Positions 35,302 through 46,916 of a DNA stretch of 64,000 bases are shown one piece after another (the stretch's first letter is position 1; every line of letters starts with the position of its first letter). Below the pieces are notes generated by a model. It was not told where the DNA came from. It searched no databases and saw only the letters and a program-made list of their open reading frames with translations. The position numbers and the translations under genes were made by a program. The stretch spans positions 20,856-84,855 of the forward strand of contig CBDUJZ010000001.1 in assembly GCA_965367675.1 (NCBI GenBank), given 5' to 3'. Source of the stretch: an uncultured Myxococcales bacterium (lineage in GTDB: Bacteria > Myxococcota_A > Bradymonadia > REDH01).

Positions 35302-37149
35302 ATGTCCGCGCAGACGCTCATCGATCAGTTCGAGCAGCGCGTCTCCGAGAGTGGAGACGCGGTGGCTCTTCGGTACCACGCCGATGGTGCTTGGCAGGAC
35401 GTCTCGTTCGCCGAGTGGCTGCGGACGTCCACGTTGCTGGCCGCCGGTTTGGTGCATTTAGGTGTCGAGACCGGCGACCGGGTCGCGATCTTGTCATCGA
35501 CGCGCATCGAGTGGGTGTACGCGGACCAGGCGGTGCTGCTGAGTGGCGGCGTCGTGGTGCCGGTGTACGAGACCATGCGTCCGCGCCAAGCTCGCATTAT
35601 TATTGATGATTCCGGCGCGTCGGTGGTGTTCGTTGAGGACCCCGTTCAGCTGGAAAAGTTGTTGCGCGTGCTGCCGGAGCTGCCGCACGTACGGTGGGTG
35701 ATCTACTTCGACGAGTTGGCGCGTCTGCGCGATGTCGGCGAGGATGGGCGCACGCATCGGCGGATGGACGACCTGACGATCGACGCCGAGTGGGCGGATC
35801 GCGTGGTGCCGCTGTCGCGGGTTCGAGAGCTCGGCGCCAAGGCGCTCGGCGCGGACCCGAACGCGGTGGGCGACCGCCGCCGTCAGGTGAACCGCGAGTC
35901 CCTGGCGAGCATCGTGTACACGTCCGGGACGACCGGCCGACCGCGCGGCGTGGCGCTGACCCACGGCGCGTTTGTGGCGCAGGTGGAGGGCAACAAGTTG
36001 GCGCTTCCGCTGGGCCCGGATGACGAGCAGGTGTTGTTCCTGCCGCTGGCGCAGATCCTGGCCCGCGCGATTTATCTGACGGCCATGTCCGCCGGCTGCG
36101 TGAACACGTTCTCGCGTGGTTACGCGTGGCTCGCCGACGACCTCGAAGACATCAACCCCACGCTGCTGGTCGCGGTGCCGCGGGTGTTCGACACGATCTG
36201 GACGCGGGTGAACAAGTCGGCGGTCGCGGGCGGGGCGCTGCGGCGTCGGTTGCGCGACGGTGGGATCACGGCGGCGCGTGCGAAGAGCGCAGCGCGCGAG
36301 GGCCGCGGCAAGCTGACGGTGCTCGATCGCGTACGGCTCAAAGCGGCTGACGTGCTGTTGTTCTCGCCGCTGCGGCGCGTGTTTGGCACCCGCTTTAAGT
36401 ACGCCGTGAGTGGCGGCGCGCCGATGCCGATCGAGCTCATGGAGATCTACGACGGCGCGGGCATTCCGATCTTGGAGGGCTACGGGCTGACCGAGCATTG
36501 CGCAGCCGTGTGCGTGAACCGGCTGGACGACTACCGCGTGGGGACGGTCGGAAAGCCGCTCGAAGGGGTAGAGCTGCGCATCGCCGCGGACGGTGAGATT
36601 TTGGTGCGCAGCGAGTGCATCATGCGCAGCTACTGGAAGGACCCGGAGTCGAGTACCGACGCGCTTGCGGGCGCTTGGCTTCACACGGGCGATATCGGCG
36701 AGCTGGTGGGCAACCACCTGCGGCTGACGGACCGGAAGAAGGACGTCATCGTGACCGCCAACGGGCGTGTGGTGTCGCCGATGCCGATCGAGTCGATGCT
36801 GCAGGCGGTGCCTTACATTGAGCACGCGGTGGTGCATGGCGAGAGCCGCCGGTTCCTGTCGGCGCTGGTGACACTGAACGAGACCGCGGTTCGTCGCTGG
36901 GCGAAGGGCACGCCGCTGGAGAAAGCGCCGCTCAGCGAGCTGAGCCAGGACCCGAGCGTGTTTGCGCTGTTGAGCGAGGCGATCGAAGGGGTCAACGCGG
37001 AGCTTCCTGGCTCAGAAACCGTGAAGAAGTTCGCGATTCTGCAGGGGGATTTCTCCTTGGAGTCTGGGGAGTTGACCGCCACGTGGGCCACGCGGCGGAA
37101 GTTCGTGACGACCAAGTACGCATCGATCTTGGACGCGCTCTACGAGTAG
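35302..37149 (+). CDS. Long-chain acyl-CoA synthetase (AMP-forming, FAA1/COG1022 type)
   Basis: [39 protein letters not shown]. Confidence 0.9.
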   Translation: MSAQTLIDQFEQRVSESGDAVALRYHADGAWQDVSFAEWLRTSTLLAAGLVHLGVETGDRVAILSSTRIEWVYADQAVLLSGGVVVPVYETMRPRQARIIIDDSGASVVFVEDPVQLEKLLRVLPELPHVRWVIYFDELARLRDVGEDGRTHRRMDDLTIDAEWADRVVPLSRVRELGAKALGADPNAVGDRRRQVNRESLASIVYTSGTTGRPRGVALTHGAFVAQVEGNKLALPLGPDDEQVLFLPLAQILARAIYLTAMSAGCVNTFSRGYAWLADDLEDINPTLLVAVPRVFDTIWTRVNKSAVAGGALRRRLRDGGITAARAKSAAREGRGKLTVLDRVRLKAADVLLFSPLRRVFGTRFKYAVSGGAPMPIELMEIYDGAGIPILEGYGLTEHCAAVCVNRLDDYRVGTVGKPLEGVELRIAADGEILVRSECIMRSYWKDPESSTDALAGAWLHTGDIGELVGNHLRLTDRKKDVIVTANGRVVSPMPIESMLQAVPYIEHAVVHGESRRFLSALVTLNETAVRRWAKGTPLEKAPLSELSQDPSVFALLSEAIEGVNAELPGSETVKKFAILQGDFSLESGELTATWATRRKFVTTKYASILDALYE

Positions 37150-37283
37150 CGCCGCCGGTCGGACGCGCCGCAGGTCGTAGCGCCGTGCGTGACGCGGCCC
37201 GGTGGTCGATGGTCGAAACCGAAAATCCTTTGCGGAGCCGGGGGTTTGCGGTCATGGTACGCGCCTCTCGTAGGGAGCACGCC

Positions 37284-39224
37284 GTGTCTCGCATTTTGGT
37301 AGTCGGAACATTCTTACTCGCGCTTGTCGCGTGCTCCAGCGAGCCCACGTCGGGCGTGATTCCGGATCGAGGCGGCGAAGACTGTGCGCGACCGCCGTGC
37401 ACCGACGGCGGACGTGACAGCACGCGGGACGCTGGCGCAGCGGACACGAACGTGGACGTCGCGGCGGACGCCGCTGACGCGGGCGTCGACGGAGGCACGG
37501 ACGACGGCGGCGTGGACGGTGGCGATGACGCGGCGGGCGCCGATGCGGCCGTCTCCGACGTGGTCGCGTCTGACGTGGGCCCGGTCGAGGTCGGTCCGCC
37601 GGACGTGGACTCCGACGGCGACGGCATCATGGACCGCATCGAGGGCGACGGAGACTTTGACGAGGATGGCGTGCCCAACCGGCTCGACGAGGACTCGGAC
37701 AACGACGGCATTCCCGACCGGGTGGAGTACCGCCGTGAGCTGGGGAGCGGCGTGGCGGCGTCCGATCTGGACGGCGACCGCTCGCCCGACTTCTTGGACC
37801 TGGACTCCGACGGCGATGGTCTGTTGGACGAGTTCGAGACCGGGTGCCCGTCTTCGACGGAGCCGGACGAGGCAGACTCGGACGTGGACGGGTTCATCGA
37901 CACGTTGGAGGTCGCGTTTGGGTCGGACCCGTGCGACCCCACGAGCGACATCAACGAGTTCGTGGATTTCTTCTTCGAGCTGCCTTTCAACGGCCCGGAG
38001 CAGACGGCGGAGTTGGACATTGAGACGACGCTCGAATCTGGCGACGTGGTGTTCAACATGGACGTGACGGGCTCGATGGCCTTGGCGATCGAGAGCCTGA
38101 AGACGAGCCTGCGCACGACGATCATCCCGGAGCTTTCGACGCGTATCGTGGACGTGGGCATTGGTGTGACGCAGTTCGCGGACTTCCCGTGCGACGACCA
38201 TGGCTCGTCGGCGGACCGTCCGTTTCGGTTGATGCAGCGCGTGACCTCGAACGCGGCGGCCGCGCAGGCGGCGGTGACACGGCTGTCGGCGGCGGGTGGC
38301 GGCGATGGCCCGGAGTCGGGCTACGAGTCGCTGTACCAGCTGGCCTCTGGGCTCGGTCGCGTGTCGAGCTGCTCGGCCGGCAACGTGCCCGCGTTCAACC
38401 CGGCGGAGAACTTGGTGGCCGGCGTCGCGGATGGCACAGACGGCGGCGCCGGGTTCCGTGATTCGGAGGTCCGCGTGGCGGTGCACATCACGGACGCGGA
38501 GTCGCACGTGGCCGACGTGGCGGGCTACGGCTACGGCGCGAGTCGCGCGGAGACGTACGCTGCGCTCACGGACAACGGCGTGCGCGTGATCGGGCTCGCG
38601 CTGGGCGAGAGCCTGTTCGGGTTCTCAAGCTCTGCGTCCGCGCACCTGACGGAGATCGCGCGGCAGAGCGGCGCGGTCGTGGAGCCTTGCGCGTGGGGTA
38701 CGTCCCGCCCGGCGGGGTGCTCGGCATCGCAGTGTTGCACCGGCGTCGATGGCGCAGGCCGCGCGCCGGAGGGCGGCGTATGTCCGCTCGTGTTCCAGCT
38801 GAACACTCTGTTTTCGACGCCGTCGGTGGATGCGTCCGTCATCTCGGGGATCGAGGCGTTGCTGGGCGGCAGCGCGTTCGATGTGTCGGCGAACCTGCGT
38901 CGCGACGAAGAGGAGTTCGCGGCGACGGGCGTGGACACCACGTGCTTCATCAGCGGCGTCGTGCCGATCCGGGCCACCTCAGAGGGCTGCGCGCTGGACC
39001 CGGTGCCCGCCGATTTGAACGGCGACGGTACGCTGGTTGGGTTCAGGGGGGGCGCTCGGGGCTCGAGGGTCACGTTCGAGATCCGGGCTGCAAACGACTG
39101 CGTTCCGCAAGTCCGCGACCCTCAAGTATTTCTCGTTTGGATTGACCTGATCACCAGCGAGGGCACCAGCTTGGGCGAAAAGCTGGTAACCATCTTGGTT
39201 CCCCCTCGGGACCCGAAAGGGTAG
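37284..39224 (+). CDS. Lipoprotein with thrombospondin type-3 Ca-binding repeats and a VWA-like domain
   Basis: GTG 37284 follows GGGAG and gives [19 protein letters not shown]; ATG 37254 is the alternative start. TSP3-like repeats: [54 protein letters not shown]-like [11 protein letters not shown]. Confidence 0.7.
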   Translation: MSRILVVGTFLLALVACSSEPTSGVIPDRGGEDCARPPCTDGGRDSTRDAGAADTNVDVAADAADAGVDGGTDDGGVDGGDDAAGADAAVSDVVASDVGPVEVGPPDVDSDGDGIMDRIEGDGDFDEDGVPNRLDEDSDNDGIPDRVEYRRELGSGVAASDLDGDRSPDFLDLDSDGDGLLDEFETGCPSSTEPDEADSDVDGFIDTLEVAFGSDPCDPTSDINEFVDFFFELPFNGPEQTAELDIETTLESGDVVFNMDVTGSMALAIESLKTSLRTTIIPELSTRIVDVGIGVTQFADFPCDDHGSSADRPFRLMQRVTSNAAAAQAAVTRLSAAGGGDGPESGYESLYQLASGLGRVSSCSAGNVPAFNPAENLVAGVADGTDGGAGFRDSEVRVAVHITDAESHVADVAGYGYGASRAETYAALTDNGVRVIGLALGESLFGFSSSASAHLTEIARQSGAVVEPCAWGTSRPAGCSASQCCTGVDGAGRAPEGGVCPLVFQLNTLFSTPSVDASVISGIEALLGGSAFDVSANLRRDEEEFAATGVDTTCFISGVVPIRATSEGCALDPVPADLNGDGTLVGFRGGARGSRVTFEIRAANDCVPQVRDPQVFLVWIDLITSEGTSLGEKLVTILVPPRDPKG

Positions 39225-39310
39225 TCTGAATCGTATACCGCCACTTTGAGCGGTAAAACGGGTGTTCACGTCGTCAAATCGGCGTTGTACGGGTGTTTTC
39301 GTGAGGATTG

Positions 39311-41227
39311 ATGGCGGCGCGCGGTCCGGAACAGAACTCGACGAAGCGCGACCGGAGCGGTAAATCCTCCGGCGGCGGATTCTGGACGTCAAAACGTTCG
39401 GTGTTGTCGATGGAGTCGCGGACGTCTCTGCTGGCCATGGTCGCGAGCGTCGCCGCGCTCACGTGCACGGTCTACGCGGTAGGGCACATGGCGATCGGCC
39501 GTACGCTTGGCAGCGTGCTCTTGGGCGCCCTCGGTGCTTACGCCTTTGCCGTGCTGGGCTTGTCGGCGCGGCTGCAGACCGAGCGGTCGCTCCGGCTGGC
39601 CTCGCACGCGTCCATTCTGGTGTTCGGCATAGGGTTAATCACGCTGTCGGTGTGCGAAGGGGAGCCCTCCGAGGTGGTCGCCTGGTTCATTTGCCTGATC
39701 GCGGGCAGCGCTGTGTTGTTGCTCGACCGCGCGGGTGCGCTGGCGTGGTGCGTGGTCTCGGTGGTGGCGATTTTGCTCGCCCCGTCGATCCGCGTGGCCA
39801 TTGATTTGCCCGTGTTTGAGCTGCGCCCGTGGGAGATTCCGCTGGGGCAGGTTGGCTTGTGCGTGGTGGTGGTGTGTTTCGCGACCGCGGTGCGCCACAT
39901 CGCGCAGGTGCACGCGCTGGACGAGCGTCGGCACGAGGAGCAATCGCGCGCGCGAAACCAGGAACTGTCGCGGTCACTGGAGGAGCAGGCAGAGACGGCG
40001 AAGGAGCTCATGCGCGCCCGCGACGAGGCCCGGAGCGCCCTCAAAGCCGCTGAGGCGGATCGCGAGCGGGCCGAGGCGGCGAGCCGCGCGAAATCGCACT
40101 TCTTGGCCAACATGAGTCACGAGCTGCGTACGCCGCTGAACGCGATTATCGGTTACGCGCAGCTGCTGCTCGATGACACGTCCGGACCGGAGGACCCCGC
40201 CCGCGAAGACCTGGGCAAGATTCACTCGGCGGGCCAAGCGCTGCTGCATACGATCAACGACTTGCTGCAGATGGGCAAAGTGCAGGCGGGGCGCTCGGAC
40301 GTTCAGCTCGCACGGGTGGTGGTCGCGGACCTGGTGACGTCGGTCGCCGAGGCGTTGCGCGACGAGGCGGCCGAGCGGAACAACGCGCTGTCGGTGCACG
40401 TGGCGCCCGGCCTTAAGCCGATTTGGTCGGACGCGTCGAGCATGCGCCGTATCCTGTCCAACCTGCTCAAGAATGCGATCAAGTTCACCAAGAACGGAGA
40501 CATCTCGATTCGCGCGGTCTCGACGGGAGAGTGGATCAGCTTTGAGGTGACGGACACCGGCATCGGCATGAACCGGGAGCAGGTGGATCGGGCGTTCGAC
40601 GCGTTCCAGCAGGCCGACGTGTCGTCTACGCGCCGGTTCGATGGCACGGGGGTCGGGCTCGCCGTGGTACATGCGGCCGTGCAGCAGCTCGGTGGTCGCA
40701 TCGAGATCGAGAGTGTCGTGGGAAGCGGCACGCGTGTGCGTGTGTTGGTGCCCGCGGAGACCCGCCCGACGTTGCTCGAGATCACGGGCGAAGCGCGCAG
40801 TGTTTCGGGCCGTCGGGAGCCACGGAATACGCGGTCTGGGCGGCGCGGTGAGGCGAGCGTGCTGGTGATCGATGACGACGCGGCGGTGCGTGAGATGGTC
40901 GCCCGGCAGCTGGGGCCGCTGGGCTACTTCGTGCTTACGGCGTCCACTGGCGAGAGCGGGCTCCGGCTCGCCAACGAGCAGCGTCCGTCAGCGGTCATCC
41001 TGGACATCAAGCTCCCGGGAATCGATGGTTGGAACGTGCTGACGACGCTCAAAGAGTCGCCCGATACACGCGACATCCCGGTCATTGTGCTCACGATGAT
41101 GGAGCAGCCTGACCTCGCGTTCGGGCTCGGCGCGTCACATTTCTTCACCAAGCCGGTCCAGCGTGACGCGCTTCACACAGCGCTGCTAGAGGTCGGTAGT
41201 CACCCCTTCGAGAATGTCGGTCTCTGA
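39311..41227 (+). CDS. Hybrid sensor histidine kinase/response regulator with polytopic N-terminal domain
   Basis: About 5 hydrophobic helices in the first ~190 aa, then a coiled coil. H-box [18 protein letters not shown] boxes [24 protein letters not shown]. Receiver [19 protein letters not shown]. The start is uncertain: TTG 39308, ATG 39311 or ATG 39410. Confidence 0.9.
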   Translation: MAARGPEQNSTKRDRSGKSSGGGFWTSKRSVLSMESRTSLLAMVASVAALTCTVYAVGHMAIGRTLGSVLLGALGAYAFAVLGLSARLQTERSLRLASHASILVFGIGLITLSVCEGEPSEVVAWFICLIAGSAVLLLDRAGALAWCVVSVVAILLAPSIRVAIDLPVFELRPWEIPLGQVGLCVVVVCFATAVRHIAQVHALDERRHEEQSRARNQELSRSLEEQAETAKELMRARDEARSALKAAEADRERAEAASRAKSHFLANMSHELRTPLNAIIGYAQLLLDDTSGPEDPAREDLGKIHSAGQALLHTINDLLQMGKVQAGRSDVQLARVVVADLVTSVAEALRDEAAERNNALSVHVAPGLKPIWSDASSMRRILSNLLKNAIKFTKNGDISIRAVSTGEWISFEVTDTGIGMNREQVDRAFDAFQQADVSSTRRFDGTGVGLAVVHAAVQQLGGRIEIESVVGSGTRVRVLVPAETRPTLLEITGEARSVSGRREPRNTRSGRRGEASVLVIDDDAAVREMVARQLGPLGYFVLTASTGESGLRLANEQRPSAVILDIKLPGIDGWNVLTTLKESPDTRDIPVIVLTMMEQPDLAFGLGASHFFTKPVQRDALHTALLEVGSHPFENVGL

Positions 41228-41594
41228 CCACAGAATCGCGATTTGCCGCCGCTGCCGTCAGCCCGAGAGACGTGCCAATGGCGCGGCAGAAGCTGTCGAC
41301 ATGTTGGCCGCCGCCCGCCGCTGGGCCGAGGCCGGCGAGCCGGACGTGCACTGTCGGCTTTCGCAGTGCCTGAACTGCTGCGATGGCGGGCACACGGTCC
41401 GCGTGGAGTGCCGCGGGCGCGAGGTGGCGCTGGTGGGCATCCGCACGACCGACGAGCTGCATCGCGTACTCGAGAACATCGAGGCCATCGGTGAACGCGA
41501 TGTGCCAGCGTCCTTGCGGCCACGGGTGTGGCAAGAGTGGGTGGACGGCGAGATGGTGTTTCACCACGACATCAAACCGGACGAGTCGGCCTAG
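41214..41594 (+). CDS. Small Cys-rich metal-binding protein, DUF1636-like (thioredoxin-like 2Fe-2S fold?)
   Basis: The ATG lies 14 nt inside the kinase gene's end. Cys pattern: CRRC..(36 aa)..[16 protein letters not shown], then LRPRVW. By eye this matches the DUF1636 layout. No HMM was run. Confidence 0.5.
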   Translation: MSVSDHRIAICRRCRQPERRANGAAEAVDMLAAARRWAEAGEPDVHCRLSQCLNCCDGGHTVRVECRGREVALVGIRTTDELHRVLENIEAIGERDVPASLRPRVWQEWVDGEMVFHHDIKPDESA

Positions 41595-41641
41595 ACGGCG
41601 GCAGTGGATCGAAACCCATGCCTCGCTTGGACGCGGGCAGA

Positions 41642-42400
41642 CTAGCTCGGGTTGGTTTTGTCGGCCCAACTGAGCAGTTGTGACGGCGTCGTCCACGCGA
41701 TGTCGACGGGTACGGGGCCCGCGGATTCGACGGCGAGCGCGCCTCGGTGGTCGTCTCCGACGTGGAGCGCCTTGAACCACCACCGGGCGCCGTCGTCGTC
41801 GATTTTGTGGGTGTCGATGCGCACGGTGGGTGGGTCGAGCTCGAAGGCGAAGCCGTCCAGCGGCAGGGCGAGGCCAAGCCCGCGCGCCTTGATGTAGGAC
41901 TCCTTGAGCGTCCACGTTCGATAGAACGCAGAGACCGCGTCGTCGCCGGAGAGCGCGCGAATTCGGGCTGATTCTGGCGCGGCGAAGTGGCGGTCCACCA
42001 GGCCGACCACGTCGCGACTGCGCATCGCCTCGACGTCGACGCCGATGTTGTGGGTGTGCGACCACGCGAGCGCGATCAACCCGTGCGTGTGCGAGAGGTT
42101 GAAGTGGACGTGGTGCTCGGGGAGGTACGGTCGGCCGTGCGGGTGCGTGTCGAACCGCAGGCGCTGGGGAGGCACGCCGCAGGCGCGGCCGAGGGTGAGG
42201 CGGACGAGGGCGCGGGCGAGCGTGAAGTCGTGCTGCAGGTGGGGGCGCAGGAAGCGTGCGCGCCGCTGTCGCTCATCGGTGCTGAGCAGCTGGCGCAGCG
42301 TGGCCTCAGCGCCGGCGTCGAACCGTGCGGGGTCGCAGAACACCACGTTCACGCGGCTGGCCTCGAGCGGCGCGTGGGAAACCGCGTCGGGGGGACTCAT
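41642..42400 (-). CDS. Sfp-type 4'-phosphopantetheinyl transferase
   Basis: FNLSHTHGLIALA, IGVDVE, WTLKESYIKARG. The ATG overlaps the wzx stop (ATGA). Confidence 0.85.
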   Translation of the reverse strand: MSPPDAVSHAPLEASRVNVVFCDPARFDAGAEATLRQLLSTDERQRRARFLRPHLQHDFTLARALVRLTLGRACGVPPQRLRFDTHPHGRPYLPEHHVHFNLSHTHGLIALAWSHTHNIGVDVEAMRSRDVVGLVDRHFAAPESARIRALSGDDAVSAFYRTWTLKESYIKARGLGLALPLDGFAFELDPPTVRIDTHKIDDDGARWWFKALHVGDDHRGALAVESAGPVPVDIAWTTPSQLLSWADKTNPS

Positions 42401-43926
42401 CGACGGAATCGCGCGACCAGTGCCTGGAGGCGCGGATGGTTCATGGGGTCGCCGTACGGGTCGTTGCGGTACACGAAGAGCCCCCAGATGGCGCCGAACA
42501 GCGATACGCTGACCACGCCGGAGTAGAGCAGGCCGAAGAAGCCGGAGGCGTGGAAGACGAAGCGGCAGACGAGCAGCCAGGCCACGACTGGGACGACGCC
42601 GAGCAGTGGTTTGAGTCCGACGTATTTGAGGTATTCGAGGCGCGGAGTCTCGGCTTCACGGCAGGCGATTTGGAACACGACAGCGGCGAAGAGCACGTTG
42701 GGGATCGCGGTCCCGATCGCGGCGCCTAGGATGCCGTAGGCGGGGACCAGCGCGATCGACACCGCGATGTTGAGCACGCCCATGAGCGCAAAGGCGATGC
42801 TCGGGATTTTGATGTCGCCCACGGCCATGAGCAGCGGTACTGCGGCGCCGCGCATGGGTAGGAACACGATGAACGAGAGCACGAGCACGGAGAGTGAGGG
42901 GCCCGCGTGTTGCTCGAACAGCGCGTTGATCCAGAAGCCGATGAAGGCCGGTCCCATGATGACGAGGAAGGAGCCGACGAGCAGCGCGAGCGACATGGAG
43001 ACCTTGCTCCATTGCAGGAACGTGGCGCGTAGGCCCTCGCGGTCGTTGGCGGCGCGCAGGCGGGCGAAGCGGGGCATGACGACGTTGCCGACGGCGGCGA
43101 TGAACTCGGTGAAGTAGAGCGCGAGTTGGTTGGCGACGTTGTAATATCCGACGCCCTCAAATGAATGATATTGCTGGATAATCATCGCGTCGGTGTTGAA
43201 CGCGAGGCGGGCGCCGGCGGCGAGGAGGAGGACCCAGGCGCCGTAGTGCAGCAGCGTGCCGATCAACGCGCGGTCCGCCTCTGCGATGCCGAAGGTGACG
43301 CCGGGATAGCGCCGCGAGACCACCCACACGCCGGCCAGAATTTCGAACGACGCGACCACGGCGAGGGTGATGGCGAGGTACGCGATCGAGGGCGCGTGGA
43401 GCAGCAATCCGAAGGTGAGCGCGGCCTGGAGCGCGACACCGCCGAGCAGGATCGCGTTGCGCTGAACGAAGTCGTCGTGGGCCTCCATGACGGCGCCAGG
43501 AAGGTGCGCGACGAAGCCAAACGCGACGTTGATGGTGACGATGGCGAACGCGATTCGGGAGTCGGTCAGGAACTCGGCCGGGACCGGGCGTCCGAAGTGG
43601 TACCAGGCGATGGCCATGCCCGTGCCGGCGACGAAGCACACCACGGCCAGCACCAAGTAGAGCCACAGGGCGCTGTGTACGACGCGTCGGAGCGCCGAGA
43701 CGCGGGCCTCGGGGTCGGGCGTGGCGACCGCCTGGGCGAGGTACTTTACCGACGCGGCGGGCAGGCCCCCGCGGATGAGTGTGAGGTATCCGGTGATCGC
43801 TGTGATCGTTAGCCAGACGCCGTACTTGGTCTCGCCGAGCTCGGCGATGACGAAGGGCATGAGGACGAAGATCATGAGGATCTGCGCGATCGTGACCACC
43901 CATGTGGAGCCGATGCTTTTGAGCAT
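42397..43926 (-). CDS. wzx: Polysaccharide flippase (MOP/Wzx family)
   Basis: Track ORF trimmed to ATG 43926 (MLKSIGSTWVVTIAQILMIFVLMPFVIAELGETKYGVW). About 12-14 TM segments with the typical Wzx N-terminus. Confidence 0.8.
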   Translation of the reverse strand: MLKSIGSTWVVTIAQILMIFVLMPFVIAELGETKYGVWLTITAITGYLTLIRGGLPAASVKYLAQAVATPDPEARVSALRRVVHSALWLYLVLAVVCFVAGTGMAIAWYHFGRPVPAEFLTDSRIAFAIVTINVAFGFVAHLPGAVMEAHDDFVQRNAILLGGVALQAALTFGLLLHAPSIAYLAITLAVVASFEILAGVWVVSRRYPGVTFGIAEADRALIGTLLHYGAWVLLLAAGARLAFNTDAMIIQQYHSFEGVGYYNVANQLALYFTEFIAAVGNVVMPRFARLRAANDREGLRATFLQWSKVSMSLALLVGSFLVIMGPAFIGFWINALFEQHAGPSLSVLVLSFIVFLPMRGAAVPLLMAVGDIKIPSIAFALMGVLNIAVSIALVPAYGILGAAIGTAIPNVLFAAVVFQIACREAETPRLEYLKYVGLKPLLGVVPVVAWLLVCRFVFHASGFFGLLYSGVVSVSLFGAIWGLFVYRNDPYGDPMNHPRLQALVARFRR

Positions 43927-43936
43927 TAGCGGAGCC

Positions 43937-45442
43937 TCACGTGAGCACCGGGAGCGTGGCTGCGGCGCTGGCATCGCTGGGGATTCCCCGGTCGTTCGCT
44001 GGCGTCGGGTCGACGTCGATGGTCACGTTCGCGGCTGCGGTCTCTGCGGCTTCTGCGGCGCGCCGGTCGAGCACTTCGGGCATGGTCAGCCACACGCGGT
44101 GTGAGACGGCGGCCTGCGCGATAACGATGTAGAAGAACCAGCTCCACGCCACGGATAGGAAGAACGCGGCGACCATGACACCGGCCAGCGTGGAGAGCTG
44201 TGAGCGGAGTAGGGCGCGCTGCAGCGGTGAGGCGTCGTCGGGTATCTCGCGCAGCAGTCGCCAGTCGCTCCAGAAGGCCATGAAGACGAGCGACATGAAT
44301 GGGATGAAGCCCAGGAACCCGGTCTCGGCTGCGGCCTGGACGAACGCGTTGTGCGATGTCTTGGGGCGCCAGTCGATGGGGTTCACGGCGTAGTAGCTGT
44401 AGTTCGCGGTGACGCGGAACAGGCCGACGCCGGTGACGGGGTTGTAGGCGAGCATGCGTCCGCCGGCGACCCAGGCGTCGAGGCGGCCGCGGGCGGATGC
44501 GTCGACGACGGAGTTGTCGTGGCCGACGACCGTTGCGCGGTCGCTGACGCCGGAGACGATTACGAGCGCGGCGAGCGCAGCCGCCATGAACCCGCCGACC
44601 ATCGCGGTGCTGCGCACGCGTTGACGTAGGATGATGAACCCCGCCGCCCCGAGGCCGAGCAGGCCGCCGCGGGACTGCGTGACGATGAGGCCGGCGACGT
44701 TGAGCAGGAGCAGTAGAATCCAGAGGGGGCGGGAGCGCTTGAGCTTGGGGGACAGCGTGGCTTCGGCGGTGAACGGCACCGACATGAGAAGCGCCATGGC
44801 CAGGTCGTTGGGGTCCGCCAGCAGGCCGACGAACGACGAGCGGCTGCCCTCGATGAGGCTCGTCTCGAGGAAGAAACGCGCCCACACGGAGTAGCCCGCG
44901 ATGGTGGCGGTCATGACGGCGATCGTGGCCTGGAACATGACGGTGCGTTTGCGCGTCACCATGGTCTCGAGCATGAGGAACCACAGCACCACGATCTTCA
45001 CGAAGACGTTGTTGAAGAAGGTGAGGCTCTCGTTCGGGTCGGTGCTGTCGATGACCGACACGATCACGCCGAAGGTGAGGGCGACGAGTCCCACGTTGAA
45101 GTGCGAGCGCACCCAAGACGGGTCGCGGCGCAGCAGCTTGCCGGAGAACAGCAGCACGATGGCCGAGAACGCGAACACCTTGGCGACCGGCACGCCGTCG
45201 AGGGCGGGGATCAGGTCGCCGGGGCGTGTGAACAGCGACGCGATGAACGCGAGCAGCAGCCCGAACGGGCCGATGAACACGATGCCGACCACAAAGAGCA
45301 GGAACGGCGCGACGAAGGCGACGAGGTTGTCGACCGGCGCGAGCATGTAGCCCATGATCAGCGCCAGCAGCAGCATGCCGCCGGTCATGCCCACGTTTCG
45401 GACGACCGTCCAAACGCCGGGCTCTCTGCGAATCGGGATCAC
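43937..45442 (-). CDS. wzy: O-antigen ligase/polymerase-like membrane protein (Wzy_C domain)
   Basis: Polytopic. Motifs VTQSRGGLLGLGAAGF and HNAFVQAAAETGFLGF. The overlapping frame 43926..45413 is Arg/Pro-rich junk. GTG start. Confidence 0.8.
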   Translation of the reverse strand: MIPIRREPGVWTVVRNVGMTGGMLLLALIMGYMLAPVDNLVAFVAPFLLFVVGIVFIGPFGLLLAFIASLFTRPGDLIPALDGVPVAKVFAFSAIVLLFSGKLLRRDPSWVRSHFNVGLVALTFGVIVSVIDSTDPNESLTFFNNVFVKIVVLWFLMLETMVTRKRTVMFQATIAVMTATIAGYSVWARFFLETSLIEGSRSSFVGLLADPNDLAMALLMSVPFTAEATLSPKLKRSRPLWILLLLLNVAGLIVTQSRGGLLGLGAAGFIILRQRVRSTAMVGGFMAAALAALVIVSGVSDRATVVGHDNSVVDASARGRLDAWVAGGRMLAYNPVTGVGLFRVTANYSYYAVNPIDWRPKTSHNAFVQAAAETGFLGFIPFMSLVFMAFWSDWRLLREIPDDASPLQRALLRSQLSTLAGVMVAAFFLSVAWSWFFYIVIAQAAVSHRVWLTMPEVLDRRAAEAAETAAANVTIDVDPTPANDRGIPSDASAAATLPVLT

Positions 45443-45449
45443 GAGGGCA

Positions 45450-46916
45450 TCAACCCGCGCGCTCGAGCGGCGGCAGCACGCCGATCACCGGGACGCCGGC
45501 CGCGATCTCGCTCGCCTCGGAGCTCAGGCGCACAGTTCGGTTGAAGAACTCCATGATCACGACGATGAACGCGGCGATCAGCAGGCCGAACAGGAAGCCG
45601 CCCACGGCAGCGATTTTGACGCCCACTTTGTCGCGCTCCGGCGGGTCCGCCTCGTTGGGCTGCTCGATGACCCACACGTGGCGTTGCTCCTCGTGCACGG
45701 TCAGCTCTCGGGTCACGAGCGCCTCCTCGTACTGCGCCATCATGCGCGTATACACCTGGGATTTGGCCTCGGCGTCGCGCTCCATGTTGGAGATGACCTG
45801 TGCGCTGTCGGCGAAGCTGGCGAGCGACGTGAGCGCCTCTTGCACCTGCATCGACATGAGCTCGACGGACTGGCGGGTGGCTTCGACGTCGGAGAGCGCG
45901 GAGCGGTAGGCTGCGAGCTCGCCTTGAATCACGTCGTTGTCGCCGCGGCTGTTGTTCAAGATGCGCTCGATGTCGGCGATGTTGAAGTCCGTGGGACGCG
46001 CTGTGTAGGCGTCGCGCTCCTCGGTGATACGGCGCAATCGCGACTGCGCGGTGATCACCTGCGGGTGGTCGTCCGTGTAGGTCGACAGCAGCGAAGCGAC
46101 CTCGCGCTCGGCTGCACGGTGACGGCGGTCGAGGTCGGCGCGGGTCGGGTCGTAGGAGGCCAGGCGGTCCCGCGCGACGCGCAAGCGCTCTTGGGCCGAG
46201 ACGAGCGTCGACTGGCCCTCGGAGTAGCGCTCGAGCAGCTCGGAGTAGTGCTGCAGGGTTGCGGCGTACACTTCGGGACGTTGGTTGTCAGAGCCTTCGT
46301 GGAAGCCCTGCATCGCGGTCTCGTTCTCGTCGAGCTCCGTGCGGATGCGCTCCAGTTGGGTCGCGAGGAACTCCACGCTGGCGTCGAGGGATTCCAGCTG
46401 CGGGCGCACCATCGCTTCACGAAGTGCTTCCATAAGTAGCCTGATGCACAGCACGACGTCATCGGCTTGCTGGCTCCGGTACCGAATCTCGACGATGCCG
46501 CCCGAAAGCGGCATGACCTGCAGACGCTGGTGGAAGATGGCGATCGCCAGGTTCACGTACTCCGGGGAGTCCGATGGGCCGATCTCGCCAAGCTCGGTGA
46601 GAATTTGCCGCGCGACAGGTCGCGAGTTCAGCACCTCGAGCACGACGGGGATCTTGGAGTTGAGCTCCCAGTCCGCCACGGGGCCTTGGTCCACGAGGGC
46701 GTTGAGGCTCACCTGGCTCTGCACGCGGACGACCGCGCGGGCGCTGTACACCGCCGGTGACAGCGACGCGAAGACGATCGCCACGAGCGGAACGACGGTC
46801 GCGAACAGGGCGAACACATACCAGCGGGACAGCGCGGCATCGATGAAGAGTCGCGGGTCGATGGCGCTCGTGATCTCGCGCAGCGGGTTGGTCGGTCGTT
46901 GTGTCGGGCCGCTCAT
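45450..46916 (-). CDS. Polysaccharide co-polymerase (Wzz/GumC family chain-length determinant), no kinase domain
   Basis: N-terminal TM (WYVFALFATVVPLVAIVFASL), Wzz-like YSARAVVRVQ, a long periplasmic coiled coil, and a C-terminal TM (IAAVGGFLFGLLIAAFIVVIMEFF). Confidence 0.8.
   Translation of the reverse strand: MSGPTQRPTNPLREITSAIDPRLFIDAALSRWYVFALFATVVPLVAIVFASLSPAVYSARAVVRVQSQVSLNALVDQGPVADWELNSKIPVVLEVLNSRPVARQILTELGEIGPSDSPEYVNLAIAIFHQRLQVMPLSGGIVEIRYRSQQADDVVLCIRLLMEALREAMVRPQLESLDASVEFLATQLERIRTELDENETAMQGFHEGSDNQRPEVYAATLQHYSELLERYSEGQSTLVSAQERLRVARDRLASYDPTRADLDRRHRAAEREVASLLSTYTDDHPQVITAQSRLRRITEERDAYTARPTDFNIADIERILNNSRGDNDVIQGELAAYRSALSDVEATRQSVELMSMQVQEALTSLASFADSAQVISNMERDAEAKSQVYTRMMAQYEEALVTRELTVHEEQRHVWVIEQPNEADPPERDKVGVKIAAVGGFLFGLLIAAFIVVIMEFFNRTVRLSSEASEIAAGVPVIGVLPPLERAG

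Noticed and set aside
43926-45413. 495-aa ORF in an alternate minus-strand frame over the wzy region
   Set aside because: It is an Arg/Pro/His-rich soluble-looking product. The 43937..45442 frame gives a polytopic protein with Wzy_C motifs (QSRGGLLG, HNAFVQAAAETG).
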